Counted from the first letter of the stretch, positions 23,640 through 37,292 are shown. The stretch is 64,000 nt of DNA from Haliotis cracherodii (GCF_022045235.1 NW_027266271.1:14012001-14076000), one strand, 5' to 3'. Numbers and translations: made by a program. The notes: generated by a model from the sequence alone, not told the origin.

Positions 23640-24698
23640 CTTTAATTAAGTGCAAGTTATGAGCATTACCCTGCTGTACATAACGTCTTCAAAGCGATAA
23701 TATTGTCTTCCGATGAACATTAAAATGTCTGGAAACTTCGTTTAGCGCCATTGCTTTTTGAAGCATACTAACGGCGCCTAGACGTTCATTTCTAGTAAGT
23801 TGTGGCCGGTCGTCCACGTGTGACGTGACGTCAACAAGACAACCATATTCGGTTGATGCATCTACGGAATCGATACCAAGCTGCTACATTAACAGCTCGA
23901 ACAATTCCTGAGTTGAGACCAAATAGTGGCAGAACCGTACGCAACCGGTTGAGGTGGACAACATCCGGTCCCGACCTCCGACGATTGTGCTTCCACGTCA
24001 TGGTTAGGCACGCCTAGCTTAGTGTAGACAGCATCGGAGATTTAGAAGTCAAGACTGGTACAGTATACTGTTCACAGATGGGTCCAGGTTTCACCTGGAC
24101 AGCAAGAAGACCGTGCAAGGCGTCTACGGGAGAATGCTTGCGTTACACAGCGTCGTCAGTTTGGGAATGGAGGCGTAATAAATGGGGTGCCTACACAACT
24201 TATCATTGTTAGTGGCAATTGGAATTGGGTCCGCTTCCGGGACGACATCATTCGTGTTCATGTTCTACCATGTTCTAAATTCTAACATTTCGGCACTGCC
24301 ATAGCTGGCTTTTTCGCCAGACCTGTCCCCCAAAGAACTTGTATGATATGAGAATGAGGGACGCCTACAACAGGAATAGAACCATCCTATTATTGCAGCA
24401 CAGTTAAGCAAAGCGTTGGTTAATATTTGGACCATGCCCCAAGCGGTTTTCAATCATCCGGTGTCTTCATTGCACCGCCGCTGCCTCGCCTTTATATACG
24501 CAAAAGGTGGTCAAAAGGTGTTTATTCACCACCATCTTTTAGGGTGTGTCGCTCAATCTCCTGCAATCAGGTATGGGTTTTGTCAATGAATCTGTTATGG
24601 CAAAACACTGATCAGACGAATGACCAAATATCATGCTCTATAGATTAACATTTACACCACTTTTTATGAACCTTAGTTACCGTTTTTCCACCTGTATA
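23640..24698 (+). mobile_element. Decayed Tc1-like transposon
   Basis: Frameshifted remnants GRPRVT, HIRLMHLRNRYQAA, SRFHLD, LAFSPDLSP; 3' end CCACCTG-TA; 5' limit approximate. Confidence 0.8.
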
Positions 24699-26156
24699 TA
24701 TCATAGCTCTCATAGCATTGTGCAAGGAATAGATAGCATTAGGCCAGTTGAACAATTTTAACAGTAAACTTTTCATGAAATGTGAATGCGGAACTCGTTG
24801 TATAAACAAATGTTTATGATGGTCATATTTCTGTCCTGTTGAGACGTTTAATTTCCATAATGTGGCTGTTTCGCCAGAGTTCGTGAACTAAGATAAGCAA
24901 TATTAAATTATTATATGTTGAAGAATATGTATATTCTACCAATGACAACATCTCGCACTGATTTAACCCACTGGAATTAAGACATTCATTGGGTTTAACT
25001 TCTCTATTCGTTTCGAGAGCGGTGTTTTCCAGTATTATAATCTTATGTGCTCTCATAAATATATATGTTACAGAATTGTACACGTAAAAGCATTTTTTTA
25101 AATGTAATAGCATGATACTAATAACAACTCGTTCTTTGTACCTGATTGGTTCACCTTCATCCTCGTTAAGGTAGCTCTTTTGAAGACATACAACTGGTTC
25201 TCTTTCATGGATCAATCGGTAACACCTCTGTCTTCTGATCAAGTGTGATACGCTTTATTACACGTGCTTCTATGTAAAATTGTCTGTACAGATTATTCGC
25301 GGATCCGCCCTTATTCGGATCGTTGGAGCTTCAGCAACATTTCGCATCACTTCTACAATAAGCTGACAGGCTGTGATGCAAAAGAATTACTTCATATCAA
25401 AGAGGGCCTTAATTTAAATCCTTCTCTCCTCAAACTCCTGAACACGATAAAATATTAATTCTTGAAAGTCGAATCTGATACGGATATCGTTAATAAACTT
25501 ACCGTGAATTGATGAAGTTTTCTCATGTCGTGGTACAAACAAGTTATCGTCTCTCTCTTCATTTGTGGAAGGTGTGACATTATTCACGAATCGTATCCGG
25601 GGTGGATATGACATTCTGTGCATGAGATTCTGTCTAGAACATTATTTGGCAAAGACAGCGTGCTAGTTGCGTTCACTTTACTTTCTCTCAGAGCATGGAT
25701 TTCATTGACGACCCTGGGATTAAGGTAATTATAGTGACCGTTCATTGACGTCAGCTTCAAAAGTTTGTTTGAATAATTTGCGAATGTTAATCCACTTAAT
25801 TGAATCGTAAACATCACTGAAACCAAATAGCTTCCCTCGTCTCATTGTGTTCTATTGTCAGTAAGGGATTAACTACTGATCGCTAATTTGATGCTTAACG
25901 ACCAGTAATCCCAACACGGTGTCTGGCGCTTGTCGCGTTTCCACAGCAGCAACAGTAAACACAACAGCGTCACGTTCGTTATGGTGCCAATAACGTTAGC
26001 GTGACATTATAAAGTAATCAGTGTCACTTTGCCATGGATATCAGACGAGAGGAATAAAAGCAGACTGGTAGTGGGGATAGTATCACTGTCCTCGGGTAAC
26101 TGAACATAGAGCTACTTTTCTTTCTTGTAACCTGAAAATTTACATAACTTACCAAC

Positions 26157-27494
26157 ATGGAGAGATGTGAATCAGGGCTCTGTCTCCTTGACAGCGACCT
26201 CTTAGAAAACGAAGGTAAGTTGATACTCAATGACATTACAAATACAATCGATAAAGGCAAATCAATGAACAAATAATATTCATTGATCCGTTTACTATAC
26301 TATCAGGATCAGAGAATGTTTTTCGTGTCTATGAAACTATTCAAATCTCTTTTAAGATATATATAACACGCACACGAAACAACTCTCCATGTCAAATAAG
26401 TGACACAATTTATGTAACATTTTCAGATGCAAGATCGTCGGGCTATGAATCGTGTGACTCATTCACCCAGGCCCCGTCACCACCCTCAACTCCATCCTCC
26501 AAAGTCAGAGCTTCATCTAGCGGCCACAAGGAGGTAATGATGTACAGCAACATGGCCGACCTGTCAGAAAGTCTACAGTACATCACTAGTATGCCGGAGT
26601 TGTGTGACGTCACTTTTCTAGTTGGCCACCTGCAGTTTCCCATTCATGGAGTTAAAGCAATCATGGCTACCAGGAGCAGGTAAATATCCCTTACAACTGA
26701 AACACACCAATGGCCTTTTATTCGGAAACTTTTAGAAGTAAACACCGTGATTAATGTGTGTATTCCAAATTAAAGCACATGCAACAACATGGTTATCTGG
26801 CAGTTAGGATTTGAGAAAGTAGCAGTGCTTCAACACATACATTTCATCCCTGCCCCTTTATAATTATTCACACGTGTAGATGTGAGTTTCCTATGATATA
26901 TGTAGATGAAAATATACATGGTTTTTCTTTCATCTTTCCAGGGTTTTCTATCAGATGATCTTGCATCACCAGAGGAAGGTCACAGAGTCGGTGAAACCTA
27001 AATCTCGACTGAGGATGAGAGCTAAGTCGTCAACTGTCAATCTGCACAGCAAACTCCAGATCCCAATCCCAGACTACGACCATGTTGTCTTTACCAGTCT
27101 TCTTAACTTCTTACACTCCGGACGATTTCGAGTACAACTTGAAACAGTCACAGGTAAGCAGTAAAATGTGTTTGGAAGAAGAAAAACCTTTCTGCTTATC
27201 ACATTCGATATTGAAGCATTTATCTTCTTTACTGTAATAAACTGTAATATCAAGAGTGAATTATAATATGTTATTATGAATATAACATCCCCATATCAAT
27301 AGCTGCTTCTTATTTGAACAGGTTTATTCTGTGCTGCCATAGAATTTGGACTGAAGGATCTGCAGAAAGCATGCTGGGACTTCTTAAAACGGTGTGTAGG
27401 TGAAGATCAGAAGAGGGCTTTGATGACGTCAACACAACACTATCTTAAGAAGAAGGGAGCTCAGAAAATCTTGTCCCAAGTGTGCAGGTTGTGA
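26157..27494 (+). CDS. BTB/POZ domain protein (serine-enriched protein/gprs-like), array copy 1, diverged, ~231 aa
   Basis: Exons 26157-26214, 26427-26679, 26942-27153, 27322-27494. SMPELCDVTFLVG...GVKAIMATRSRVFYQM...LLNFLHSG...GLFCAAIEFGLKDLQKAC. A further exon at 27794-27856 is possible. Confidence 0.85.
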
Positions 27495-28227
27495 TTATTT
27501 GAGGACCGTAATTGCTCTGGTTTCCTATAATAAATCTCTTGGACACAGTCAAACTGTGGAACCATTAGTGCTTCAATATACATTTTCAACGACTGTCCAT
27601 TGGCTGGCATTCCGATGACCCGGGCAAAGCTGATCAAAGTGGAAACTGATGTCACTTCCTATTGATTGTTACCGGACACACAATGACAGAGATGGAGATC
27701 CCTAATCTATCTTACACAAGCGAGAAAATCAGACAGCGAGTTGAATGTAAATGCTACTTTAAATAGTATGTCAGTTATTCTTCTGTGTGTCAGCTTAGTG
27801 AGAGACGAAAGATTGAATTGACACAGAGGATATCTCTGAAAGGAAAATTATCTTAACGAAGCTTCGACCAGAGTCCTGGAACGTCTAAGGGATGTAACTC
27901 TGCATAGAGAACTATGGCGTAAATATTACTGTGTAATACTGCTTAATATTGTAAGTCGCTTAGATTGTACATTTGCTACATATGTATTGTTATCCCTTTT
28001 ATGGGAGTTGTTCGTTTTTTTCTTGTTGTCAAATGCAAATAAAAATTAAATCTATTCCTGATCCTGTGTTGTCTGATGTTCCATTTCAGGAAGACCTGGT
28101 GTCAATATTGTCTAGTTATTCTATTAAGTGTGACAGTTTGACGTTTTTCAGGAAAAGGAATATATTTTTTTAATTCTTAAATGTTTTCCTACAGTTTATC
28201 ATCACATCTTGAAGCCACTGTTTTATA

Positions 28228-28394
28228 GTGAGTGAGTGAGTTTGGTTTTACGCCGCTTTTAGCAATGTTCCAGCAATATCACGGCGGGGGACACCAGAAA
28301 TGGGCTTCACACATTGTACCCATGTCGGGATTCGAACCCGGGTCTTCGGCGTGACGAGCGAACGCTTTAACCACTAGGCTACCCGACCGCCCCC
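28228..28394 (-). mobile_element. Full-length young tRNA-derived SINE, family A
   Basis: A box TAGCCTAGTGG, B box GGTTCGAATCC, (CACT)n tail; perfect 13-bp TSD CCACTGTTTTATA at 28215 and 28395; empty site in units 2-8. Confidence 0.95.
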
Positions 28395-30591
28395 CCACTG
28401 TTTTATAATTGGCCTTTACATGCCTACGTGACTGAAGGTAACTAGGGCTTTTTTGGTTCTGATAGCAAAATGCTGGATTTTATATAATAAGCAGTAGAAA
28501 GAAAAATAGTAGAAATGAAGGAATAGCAGAGAAGAAAAGGATAGTGGTTGTTGAGAAAGTGACAGAACAAATATCTACATTTTACACATTGCAAGCATAT
28601 AAAATACCGCCATAGGATTATTTTGTCAAGCGCTGGTCATATTCTCAATTTTAAACAAAACCGCTACAATATATAGTACAGCATTATCAGTCAACCGTAT
28701 CTCAACTAACATGCGTCAACTTTTGTAACTGCATTACTCCGAACCTTCATTCCAGTTGTATCGTTTTTCTTACCACAAATCTGCAATTTCTCTCACCGTT
28801 TATCATTTGGAAATAATTAAACATGTTCTATCAGACTGAGTTCATTTTGTCGACATGCATGTCTCTTACCCAATAACATTTAAAACGAACACGCCAATCC
28901 TTTGACTAAATACGAAACTAATTTCATACACAGCCTATTGAATTCAAATGCCAGAAAAGACATGTCAGTCTGTCAAAAGACGAGAAACAGAGGCAGTGAA
29001 CATGACATCATGTTGGTAGACGTGAAATGGTTTCAGAAGTGACGGAATTCGAATATGATTAGTAAACACAACATGGTGCCAATAGTCACAGAGATGTTCC
29101 TTGTATCTGTTCATATAGAACATTCAGATATCCGTTGTCATTAATTAATGCTGTACTTAGAAGGTGTAAACTGATTTAAATACAGAGTAACTGTGTTTGA
29201 CCCAAAATATCTATCCGATGCCGATCTTCAGTCACTTTTTTATGAATATTCTTTATCGCATATGGTTTGTCCATTTCATAAAGAAACAGTGCTTTGTTGC
29301 TTTCATTTATATCCATATTTATATATTCTGTCCATATTTCATGTACAGTGCAAATTACCACTGTGATAAATAGATTACCACACATGTGAAGAGCAATAAT
29401 AACGCGAATCCATTGCAAACAAAGCAACATCTTGCAATATTCATTCTTAACGTGTCTCTATTGTGTTTTTTATTTGTTATTGGGTGTGTTTTCACAATTT
29501 AAGGTGTATACCTTCATTTTAATGTCGTAAAGTCTATCTCAAGTTTGATTCCATGTCTCATTTATAAGTAAGATTGATTCAACATCGTCTATCTGAATCC
29601 AGTTTCGATAATGACATTTCCACAACATCCAGTGTGACACGAGCTCACACATGTACTGCAGTTGTTTTATGAACCCGACACTGTACAATTCCAACCATGC
29701 ACGGAAAAAATATTTCCCAATTGTTTTGATTGAGCAATAACTGCAAATTAATAATTTCCGCTGAGCTTCTTCACTCACTTTATTCAGTATATAAAGTATA
29801 TGGTCTTTGTGTTTCAATACAAAGTGCATCTATGAAATGTAACTGTTGTTTGAACATAGAGAAAATATCCATTTCACAAGAACACAACTACATTTACAGT
29901 GTTAAACAGATTGTTATAGTTTATGGAAAGTCGGGTGTATGATAACCTTATCAGGTTCTATAACATCGCCATCAAATCAAAAGCAAGTGCATAGGGAAAC
30001 TGTTGCACTGGATTTAATGATCTTAAACTTATCAATTGAAATAGAGAAGTTAATCATCCACAATGTTTTGTTATCAACTACCAGTTGTTATAGTTAACTA
30101 CGGAAACAAACTCATTTGTGTATCTAATTGAGATATTTGGTAAGAAAACAAGCACGTTTCTTAATATATTGATTTCATACTTCTTCAATTAATACTAAAT
30201 AAACATATTGAGCACAGTACGTTCATAGTATCAAATAGTTCATCTTTCTAACGGATATCCATTTTAAACACCCTTGACGCAATTATAGAATTGTTTCTTG
30301 GAATGGGAATAGTTTTCTTCAGGTGGCGCTTTTCGTTTTCTAAAGAAGCCATCATCTCGGCTCTTCATTTACGGAACGTGTGACTTTATCCACACATCGT
30401 GTGCGGAATGAATGAGCCTAGCATGGTGCATAGTCACAAGGTTCCCTTCTTGAACAAATTCCGGAAAAGATGGATGCCACTTACTTAGTGTCAAACGCAA
30501 ACAAACTGCATTCCACTTTAGATGATTGTCAGAACACGGGTTTAATTGACGACTCCCGGGATCACAGTAATTACAATGACCGTAAGTTCAC

Positions 30592-30902
30592 TGACGTCAG
30601 CAGCGTTTTCAATCTGTTTAAATGATTTCCGAATGTTAATTCAACTAATTGAATAGTAAAAATCACTGGACGCAAATACCTTACCTAATCCGATTATGTT
30701 CTATTGTTTGTAAAGGATTAACTATTGATCGCTAGTTTGATGCTTAACGGCCTTTAATCCCCCGATCCCAACATGCTCTTTGGCACTTGTCACGTGACCA
30801 CAGCAGCAAAAGTAAACATTACAGTGTCATGTTCCTAATAATGCTAAGAGCGTTGGCGTGACATTGTAAAGTGATCAGTGTCACTTTGCGTTTGGCCACG
30901 TG
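30592..30902 (+). promoter_or_regulatory. Putative BTB-gene promoter motifs: CRE and two E-boxes, repeated in units 2-8
   Basis: TGACGTCA at 30592, GTCACGTGAC at 30789, CACGTG at 30897, all within ~430 bp of the ATG; CRE also at 25746 for copy 1. Confidence 0.4.
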
Positions 30903-31021
30903 GTATTGGAAAAGGGGTATTAAACGTGATTTGTAGAGAGCCTAACATCACTGTTCTCTGGCAATTGAACATACAGCTAGTGTTCATTCTTGTAACCGGA
31001 TAACTCATACAACTAAGCAGC

Positions 31022-32401
31022 ATGAAGAGATGTGAATCTGAGCTCTGTCTCCTTGACAGCGACCTCTTAGAAAACACAACAAACACGTTTAACAGAGATA
31101 GCGAAGGTGAGTTAATACTCAATGGTATTATGTGTGTAATCGATAAAGTCAAATAAATGAACACATAATATTCGTTGTTCCGTTCAGTATGCTCTCAGCA
31201 TAAAAAAATACTTGTTCTGAAGAAAACATAAAAAATTCATCTTTTATATGAAACCATGCAAAGCTCTTTCAAAATATAACTTTCTTGCGAATGAAACAAC
31301 TGTCCACGTCAAATGAATGGCTAAATTTATGTAACATTTTCAGATGCAAGATCGTCGGGCTATGAATCGTGTGACTCATTCACCCAGGCCCCGTCACCAC
31401 CCTCAACTCCATCCTCCAAAGTCAGAGCTTCATCTAGCGGCCACAAGGAGGTAATGATGTACAGCAACATGGCCGACCTGTCAGAAAGTCTACAGTACAT
31501 CACTAGTATGCCGGAGTTGTGTGACGTCACTTTTCTAGTTGGCAACCGGCACCTTCCCATTCATGGAGTTAAAGCAATCCTGGCTACCAGGAGCAGGTAA
31601 ATATCCCTTACAATTGAAACACGCCAATGGTCTTTTATTCGGAAACTTTTAGAAGTAAACACCGTGATAAATGTGTGTATTCCAAATTAAAGCACATGCA
31701 ACAACATGATTATCTGGCAGTAAGGATTTGAGAAAGTAGCAGTGCTTCAACACATACATTTCATCCCTGCCCTTTTATAATTATTCACACGTGCAGAGAT
31801 GAGTTTCCTATGAGATCTGCAGATGAAAATATAAATAGTTTCCCTTCATCTTTCCAGGGTTTTCTATCAGATGATCTTGCATCACCAGAGGAAGGTCACA
31901 GAGTCGGTGAAACCTAAATCTCGACTGAGGATGAGAGCCAAGTCGTCAACTGTCAATATGCACAGCAAACTCCAGATCCCAATCCCAGACTACGACCATG
32001 TTGTCTTTTCCAGTCTTCTTAACTTCTTACACTCCGGCCGAGTTCGAGTACAACTTGGAACAGTCATAGGTGAGCAGTAAAATGTGTTTGGAGGAAGAAA
32101 AACCTTTCTTCTTATGACATTCGATATTGAAGCATTTACTCCTTTACTGTAATAAACTGTAATATCAACAGTGAATTGTAATATGTTATTATGAATATAA
32201 TTTCAATGGCTGCTTCTTATTTGAACAGGTTTATTCTGTGCTGCCATAGAATTTGGACTGAAGGATCTGCAGAAAGCATGCTGGGACTTCTTAAAACGGT
32301 GTGTAGGTGAAGATCAGAAGAGGGCTTTGATGACGTCAACACAACACTATCTTAAGAAGAAGGGAGCTCAGAAAATCTTGTCCCAAGTGTGCAGGTTGTG
32401 A
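31022..32401 (+). CDS. BTB/POZ protein, copy 2 (~240 aa)
   Basis: Exons 31022-31106, 31344-31596, 31858-32069, 32229-32401; frame open. Confidence 0.85.
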
Positions 32402-35400
32402 TTATTTGAGGACAGTAATTGCTCTGGTTTCCTATAATATATCTCTTAGACACAGTCAAACTGTGGAACCATTAGTGCTTCAATATACATTTTCAACGAC
32501 TGACAATTTGGCTGGCATTCCGATGGCCCAGGCGAAGCTGTTCAAAGTGGAAACTGATGTCATTTCCTATTGATTGTTAACTGACACACAATGCCAGAGA
32601 TGGAGATCCCTGATTTTTCTTAAACAAGCGAGAAAATCAGGCAGCGAGTTGAACTTAATGCTCCTTTAAATAGTATGTCGGTTATTTTTCCGTGTGTCAG
32701 CTTAGTGAGAGACGAAAAATTGAATTGACGCAGAGGATATCTCTGAAAGGAATATTATCGGAACGAAGCTTCGACCAGAGAGTCCTGGAACGTCTAAGGG
32801 ATGTAAATATGCATAGAGAACTATGGCGTAAATATGACTGTGTAACACTTCTTAATATTGTAAGTCTCTTAGATTGTACATGTGCTATATATGTATTGTT
32901 ATCCCTTTATTGGAGTTGTTCGGTTTTTTCTTGTTGTCAAAAGCAAATAAAAATTAAATCTAATCATGATCCTGTGTTGTCTGCCTGATGTTCCATTTCA
33001 GGAAGACCTGGTGTCAATATTGTCTAGTTATTCTATTAAGTGTGACAATTTGACATTCTTCAGGAAAAGGAATATTTCTCTAATTTTTTTATGTTTTTCT
33101 TGAGTTTATTATCACATCTTGAAGCCACTACTTTATAATTGGCCTTTACATGCCTACGTGGCTGAAGGCTCCTAGGGCTTTGTCTGTTCTGATAGCAAAA
33201 GGCTGGATTTTATATAATAAGCAGTAGAAAGAAAAATAGTAGAAATGAAGGAATAGCAGAGAAGTAAATGGATAGTGGTTGATGAGAAAGTGACGAGTTT
33301 GATCAAATATGCTGCTTCTCGACAATAGGGTTGTCGCCAAAAAGTCTATCCCATTTGGACAGAACAAATATCTACATTTTACACATTGCAAGCATACAAA
33401 ATACAAGCAAAAGATCATTTTGTCCAGCGCTGGAGATATTCTCTTTTTTAAACAAAACCGCAACAATAAATAGTACAGCATTATCATTCAACCGTATCTC
33501 ATCTAACATGCGTCAACTTTTGTAACTGCATTACTCTGAACCTTCATTCCAGTTGTATTGTTTTTCTTACCACAAATCTGCAATTTCTCTCACCGTTCAT
33601 CATTTGGAAATGATTAAATAAACATGTTCTATCAGTTCATTTTCCCGACATGCATGTATCTCATCCAATAACAGATATAAAACGAACACGCCAGGTTTTT
33701 GACTAAATGCAAAACTATTTTCATACACAACATATTTAATTTAAATGCCAGAAAAAAACATGTAAATCTGTCAAAAGACGAGAAACAGAGGCAGTGGACA
33801 TGACATCATGTTGGTAGACATGGAATGGTTTCAGAAGTGATGGAATTCGAATATGATTAGTAAACACAACATGGTGCCAGTAGTCACAGAGATGTTCCTT
33901 GTATCTGTTCATATAGAACAAGATATCCGTTATCATTAATTAATGCTGTACTTAGAAGATGTAGACTGATTTAAATACAGAATAACTGTGTTTGACCTAA
34001 AAAAAACTATCCGATGCCGATATTCAGTCACTTTTTATGAATATTCTTTATCGTATATGGTTCGTCCATTTAATAAATAAGCAGTGGTTTGTTGTTTTCA
34101 TTTATATCCATATTTATATATTCTGCCCATATTTCATGTACTATGCAAATTACCACTGTGATAAATAGCATACCACAAATGTTAACAACAAATGTAACGC
34201 GAATCTATTGCAAACAAAGCAACATCTTGCAATATTCATTCTTAACGTGTCTCTATTATGCTTTTATATTTGTTATTGGGTGTGTTTTCACAATTTAAGG
34301 TGTATACATACATTTTAATGTCGTAAAGTTTATCTCAAGTTTGACTCCATGCCTCATTTCTAAGTAGGATTAATTCCACATCGTCTATCTGAATCCAGTT
34401 TCGATAATGACATTTCCACAACATCCAGTGCGACACGAGCTCACACAGCAGTTGTTTTATGCACCCGACATGCTATGGAGAACAATCATATCATTATTAT
34501 CTGTATTATTTGTCAAAACCCTCAATAATATATACACTGTACAATTCCAACCATGCATGGAAAGAATATTTCACAATTGTTGTGATTGAGCAATAACTGC
34601 AAATTAATCATTTCCTCTGGGTTTCTTCACACACTTTATTCAGTATATAAAGTATAATAAAAAAAATTATGCTCTTTGTGTCAGACTTCAATACAAAGTG
34701 CATCTATGAAATGTAACTGTTGTTTGAACATAGAGAAAATATCCATTTCACAAGAAGATAAATACATTTACAGTGTTAAACAGATTGTTATAGATTATAT
34801 GATATCGGGTGTATGATAACCTTATTAGGTTCTATAACATCGCCATCAACTCAAAAGCATGTGCATAGGGAAACTGTTGCACTGGATTTAATGATCTTAA
34901 ACTTATCAGTTAAAATAGAGAAGTTGATCATCCACACTATCTTGTTATCAATTACCAGTTGTTTTAGTTAACTGCGGAAACAAACTCACCTGTGTATATA
35001 ATGAGATATTTGGTAAGAAAACAAGCACGTTTCTTAATATATTGATTTCTTACTTCTTCATGAATAAATACGAAATAAACATATTGGTACAGTACATACA
35101 GTACGTTCATAGTATCTAATAGTTCATCTTTCTAACGGATATCCATTTTAAACACCCTTGACGCAATTTTAGGATTGTTTCTTGGAATGGGAATAGTTTT
35201 CTTCAGGTGGCGCTTTTCGTTTTCTAAAGAAGCCATCATCTCGGCTCTTCATTTACGGAACGTGTGACTTTATCCACGCAGCGTGTGCGGAATGAATGAG
35301 CCTTGCATGGTGCATAGTCAGAAAGTTCCTTTCTTGAACAAATTCCGGAAAAGATGGATGCCACTTATTTAGTGTCAAACGCAAACAAACTTCATTCCAC

Positions 35401-35911
35401 TTTAGATGATTGTCAGAACACAGGTTTAAGTTTCATTGACGACTCCCGACATCACAGTAATTGCAATGACCGTAAGTTCACTGACGTCAGCAGCGTTTTC
35501 AATCTATTTAAATCATTTCCGAATGCTAATTCAACTAATTGAATAGTAAAAATCACTGGACGCAAATGCCTTACCTAATGTGATCATGTTCTATTGTTTG
35601 TAAAGGATTAACTATTGATCGCTAATTTGATACTTAACGGCCTTTAATCCCCCGATCCCAACATGCTCTTTGGCACTTGTCACGTGACCACAGCAGCAAA
35701 AGTAAACATTACAGTGTCACGTTCCCAATAATGCTAAGAGCGTTGGCGTGACATTGTAAAGTGATCAGTGTCACTTTGCGTTTGGCCACGTGGTGTTGGA
35801 AAAGGGGTATTAAACGTGATTTGTAGAGAGCCTAACATCACTGTTCTCTGGCAATTGAACATACAGCTAATGTTCATTTTTGTAACCGGATAACTCATAC
35901 AACTAAGCAGC

Positions 35912-37292
35912 ATGAAGAGATGTGGATCTGAGCTCTGTCTCCTTGAGAGCGACCTCTTAGAAAACACAACAAACACGTTTAACAGAGATAGTGAAGGTGA
36001 GTTAATACGCAATGGTATTATGTATGTAATCGATAAACTCAAATAAATGAACTCATAATATTCGTTGTTCCGTTCCGTATCTCTAAGCATAAAAAATACT
36101 TGTTCTGAAGAAAACATAAAAAACTTCATCTTTTATATGAAACTATGCAAAGCCCTTTCAAAATATATCTTACTTGCGCATTAAAAACAAGTGTCCATGT
36201 CAAATGAATGGCTATATTTATGTAACATTTTCAGATGCAAGATCGTCGGGCTATGAATCGTGTGACTCATTCACCCAAGCCCCGTCATCACCTTCAACTC
36301 CATCCTCCAAAGTCAGAGCTTCATCTAGCGGCCACAAGGAGGTAATGATGTACAGCAACATGGCCGACATGTCAGAAAGTCTACAGTACATCACTAGTAT
36401 GCCGGAGTTGTGTGACGTCACTTTTCTAGTTGGCAACCGGCACCTTCCCATTCATGGAGTTAAAGCAATCCTGGCTACCAGGAGCAGGTAAATATCCCTT
36501 ACAATTGAAACACGCCAATGGTCTTTTATTCGGAAACTTTTAGAAGTAAACACCGTGATAAATGTGTGTATTCCAAATTAAAGCACATGCAACAACATGA
36601 TTATCTGGCAGTAAGGATTTGAGAAAGTAGCAGTGCTTCAACACATACATTTCATCCCTGCCCTTTTATAATTATTCACACGTGCAGAGATGAGTTTCCT
36701 ATGAGATCTGTAGATGAAAATATAAATAGTTTCCCTTCATCTTTCCAGGGTTTTCTATCAGATGATCTTGCATCACCAGAGGAAGGTCACAGAGTCGGTG
36801 AAACCTAAATCTCGACTGAGGATGAGAGCCAAGTCGTCAACTGTCAATATGCACAGCAAACTCCAGATCCCAATCCCAGACTACGACCATGTTGTCTTTT
36901 CCAGTCTTCTTAACTTCTTACACTCCGGCCGAGTTCGAGTACAACTTGGAACAGTCACAGGTGAGCAGTAAAATGTGTTTGGAGGAAGAAAAACCTTTCT
37001 TCTTATGACATTCGATATTGAAGCATTTACTCCTTTACTGTAATAAACTGTAATATCAACAGTGAATTGTAATATGTTATTATGAATATAATTTCAATGG
37101 CTGCTTCTTATTTGAACAGGTTTATTCTGTGCTGCCATAGAATTTGGACTGAAGGATCTGCAGAAAGCATGCTGGGACTTCTTAAAACGGTGTGTAGGTG
37201 AAGATCAGAAGAGGGCTTTGATGACGTCAACACAACACTATCTTAAGAAGAAGGGAGCTCAGAAAATCTTGTCCCAAGTGTGCAGGTTGTGA
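35912..37292 (+). CDS. BTB/POZ protein, copy 3
   Basis: Exons 35912-35996, 36235-36487, 36749-36960, 37120-37292. Confidence 0.85.

Noticed and set aside
28310-28394. tRNA gene
   Set aside because: The tRNA-like head is fused to a SINE body and tail with a TSD; the same applies at 650-790, 8607 and 22409
33146-36129. Recurrent short ORFs in the array spacer
   Set aside because: They recur only because units are near-identical; they are mostly broken in diverged unit 1 and show no recognisable domains
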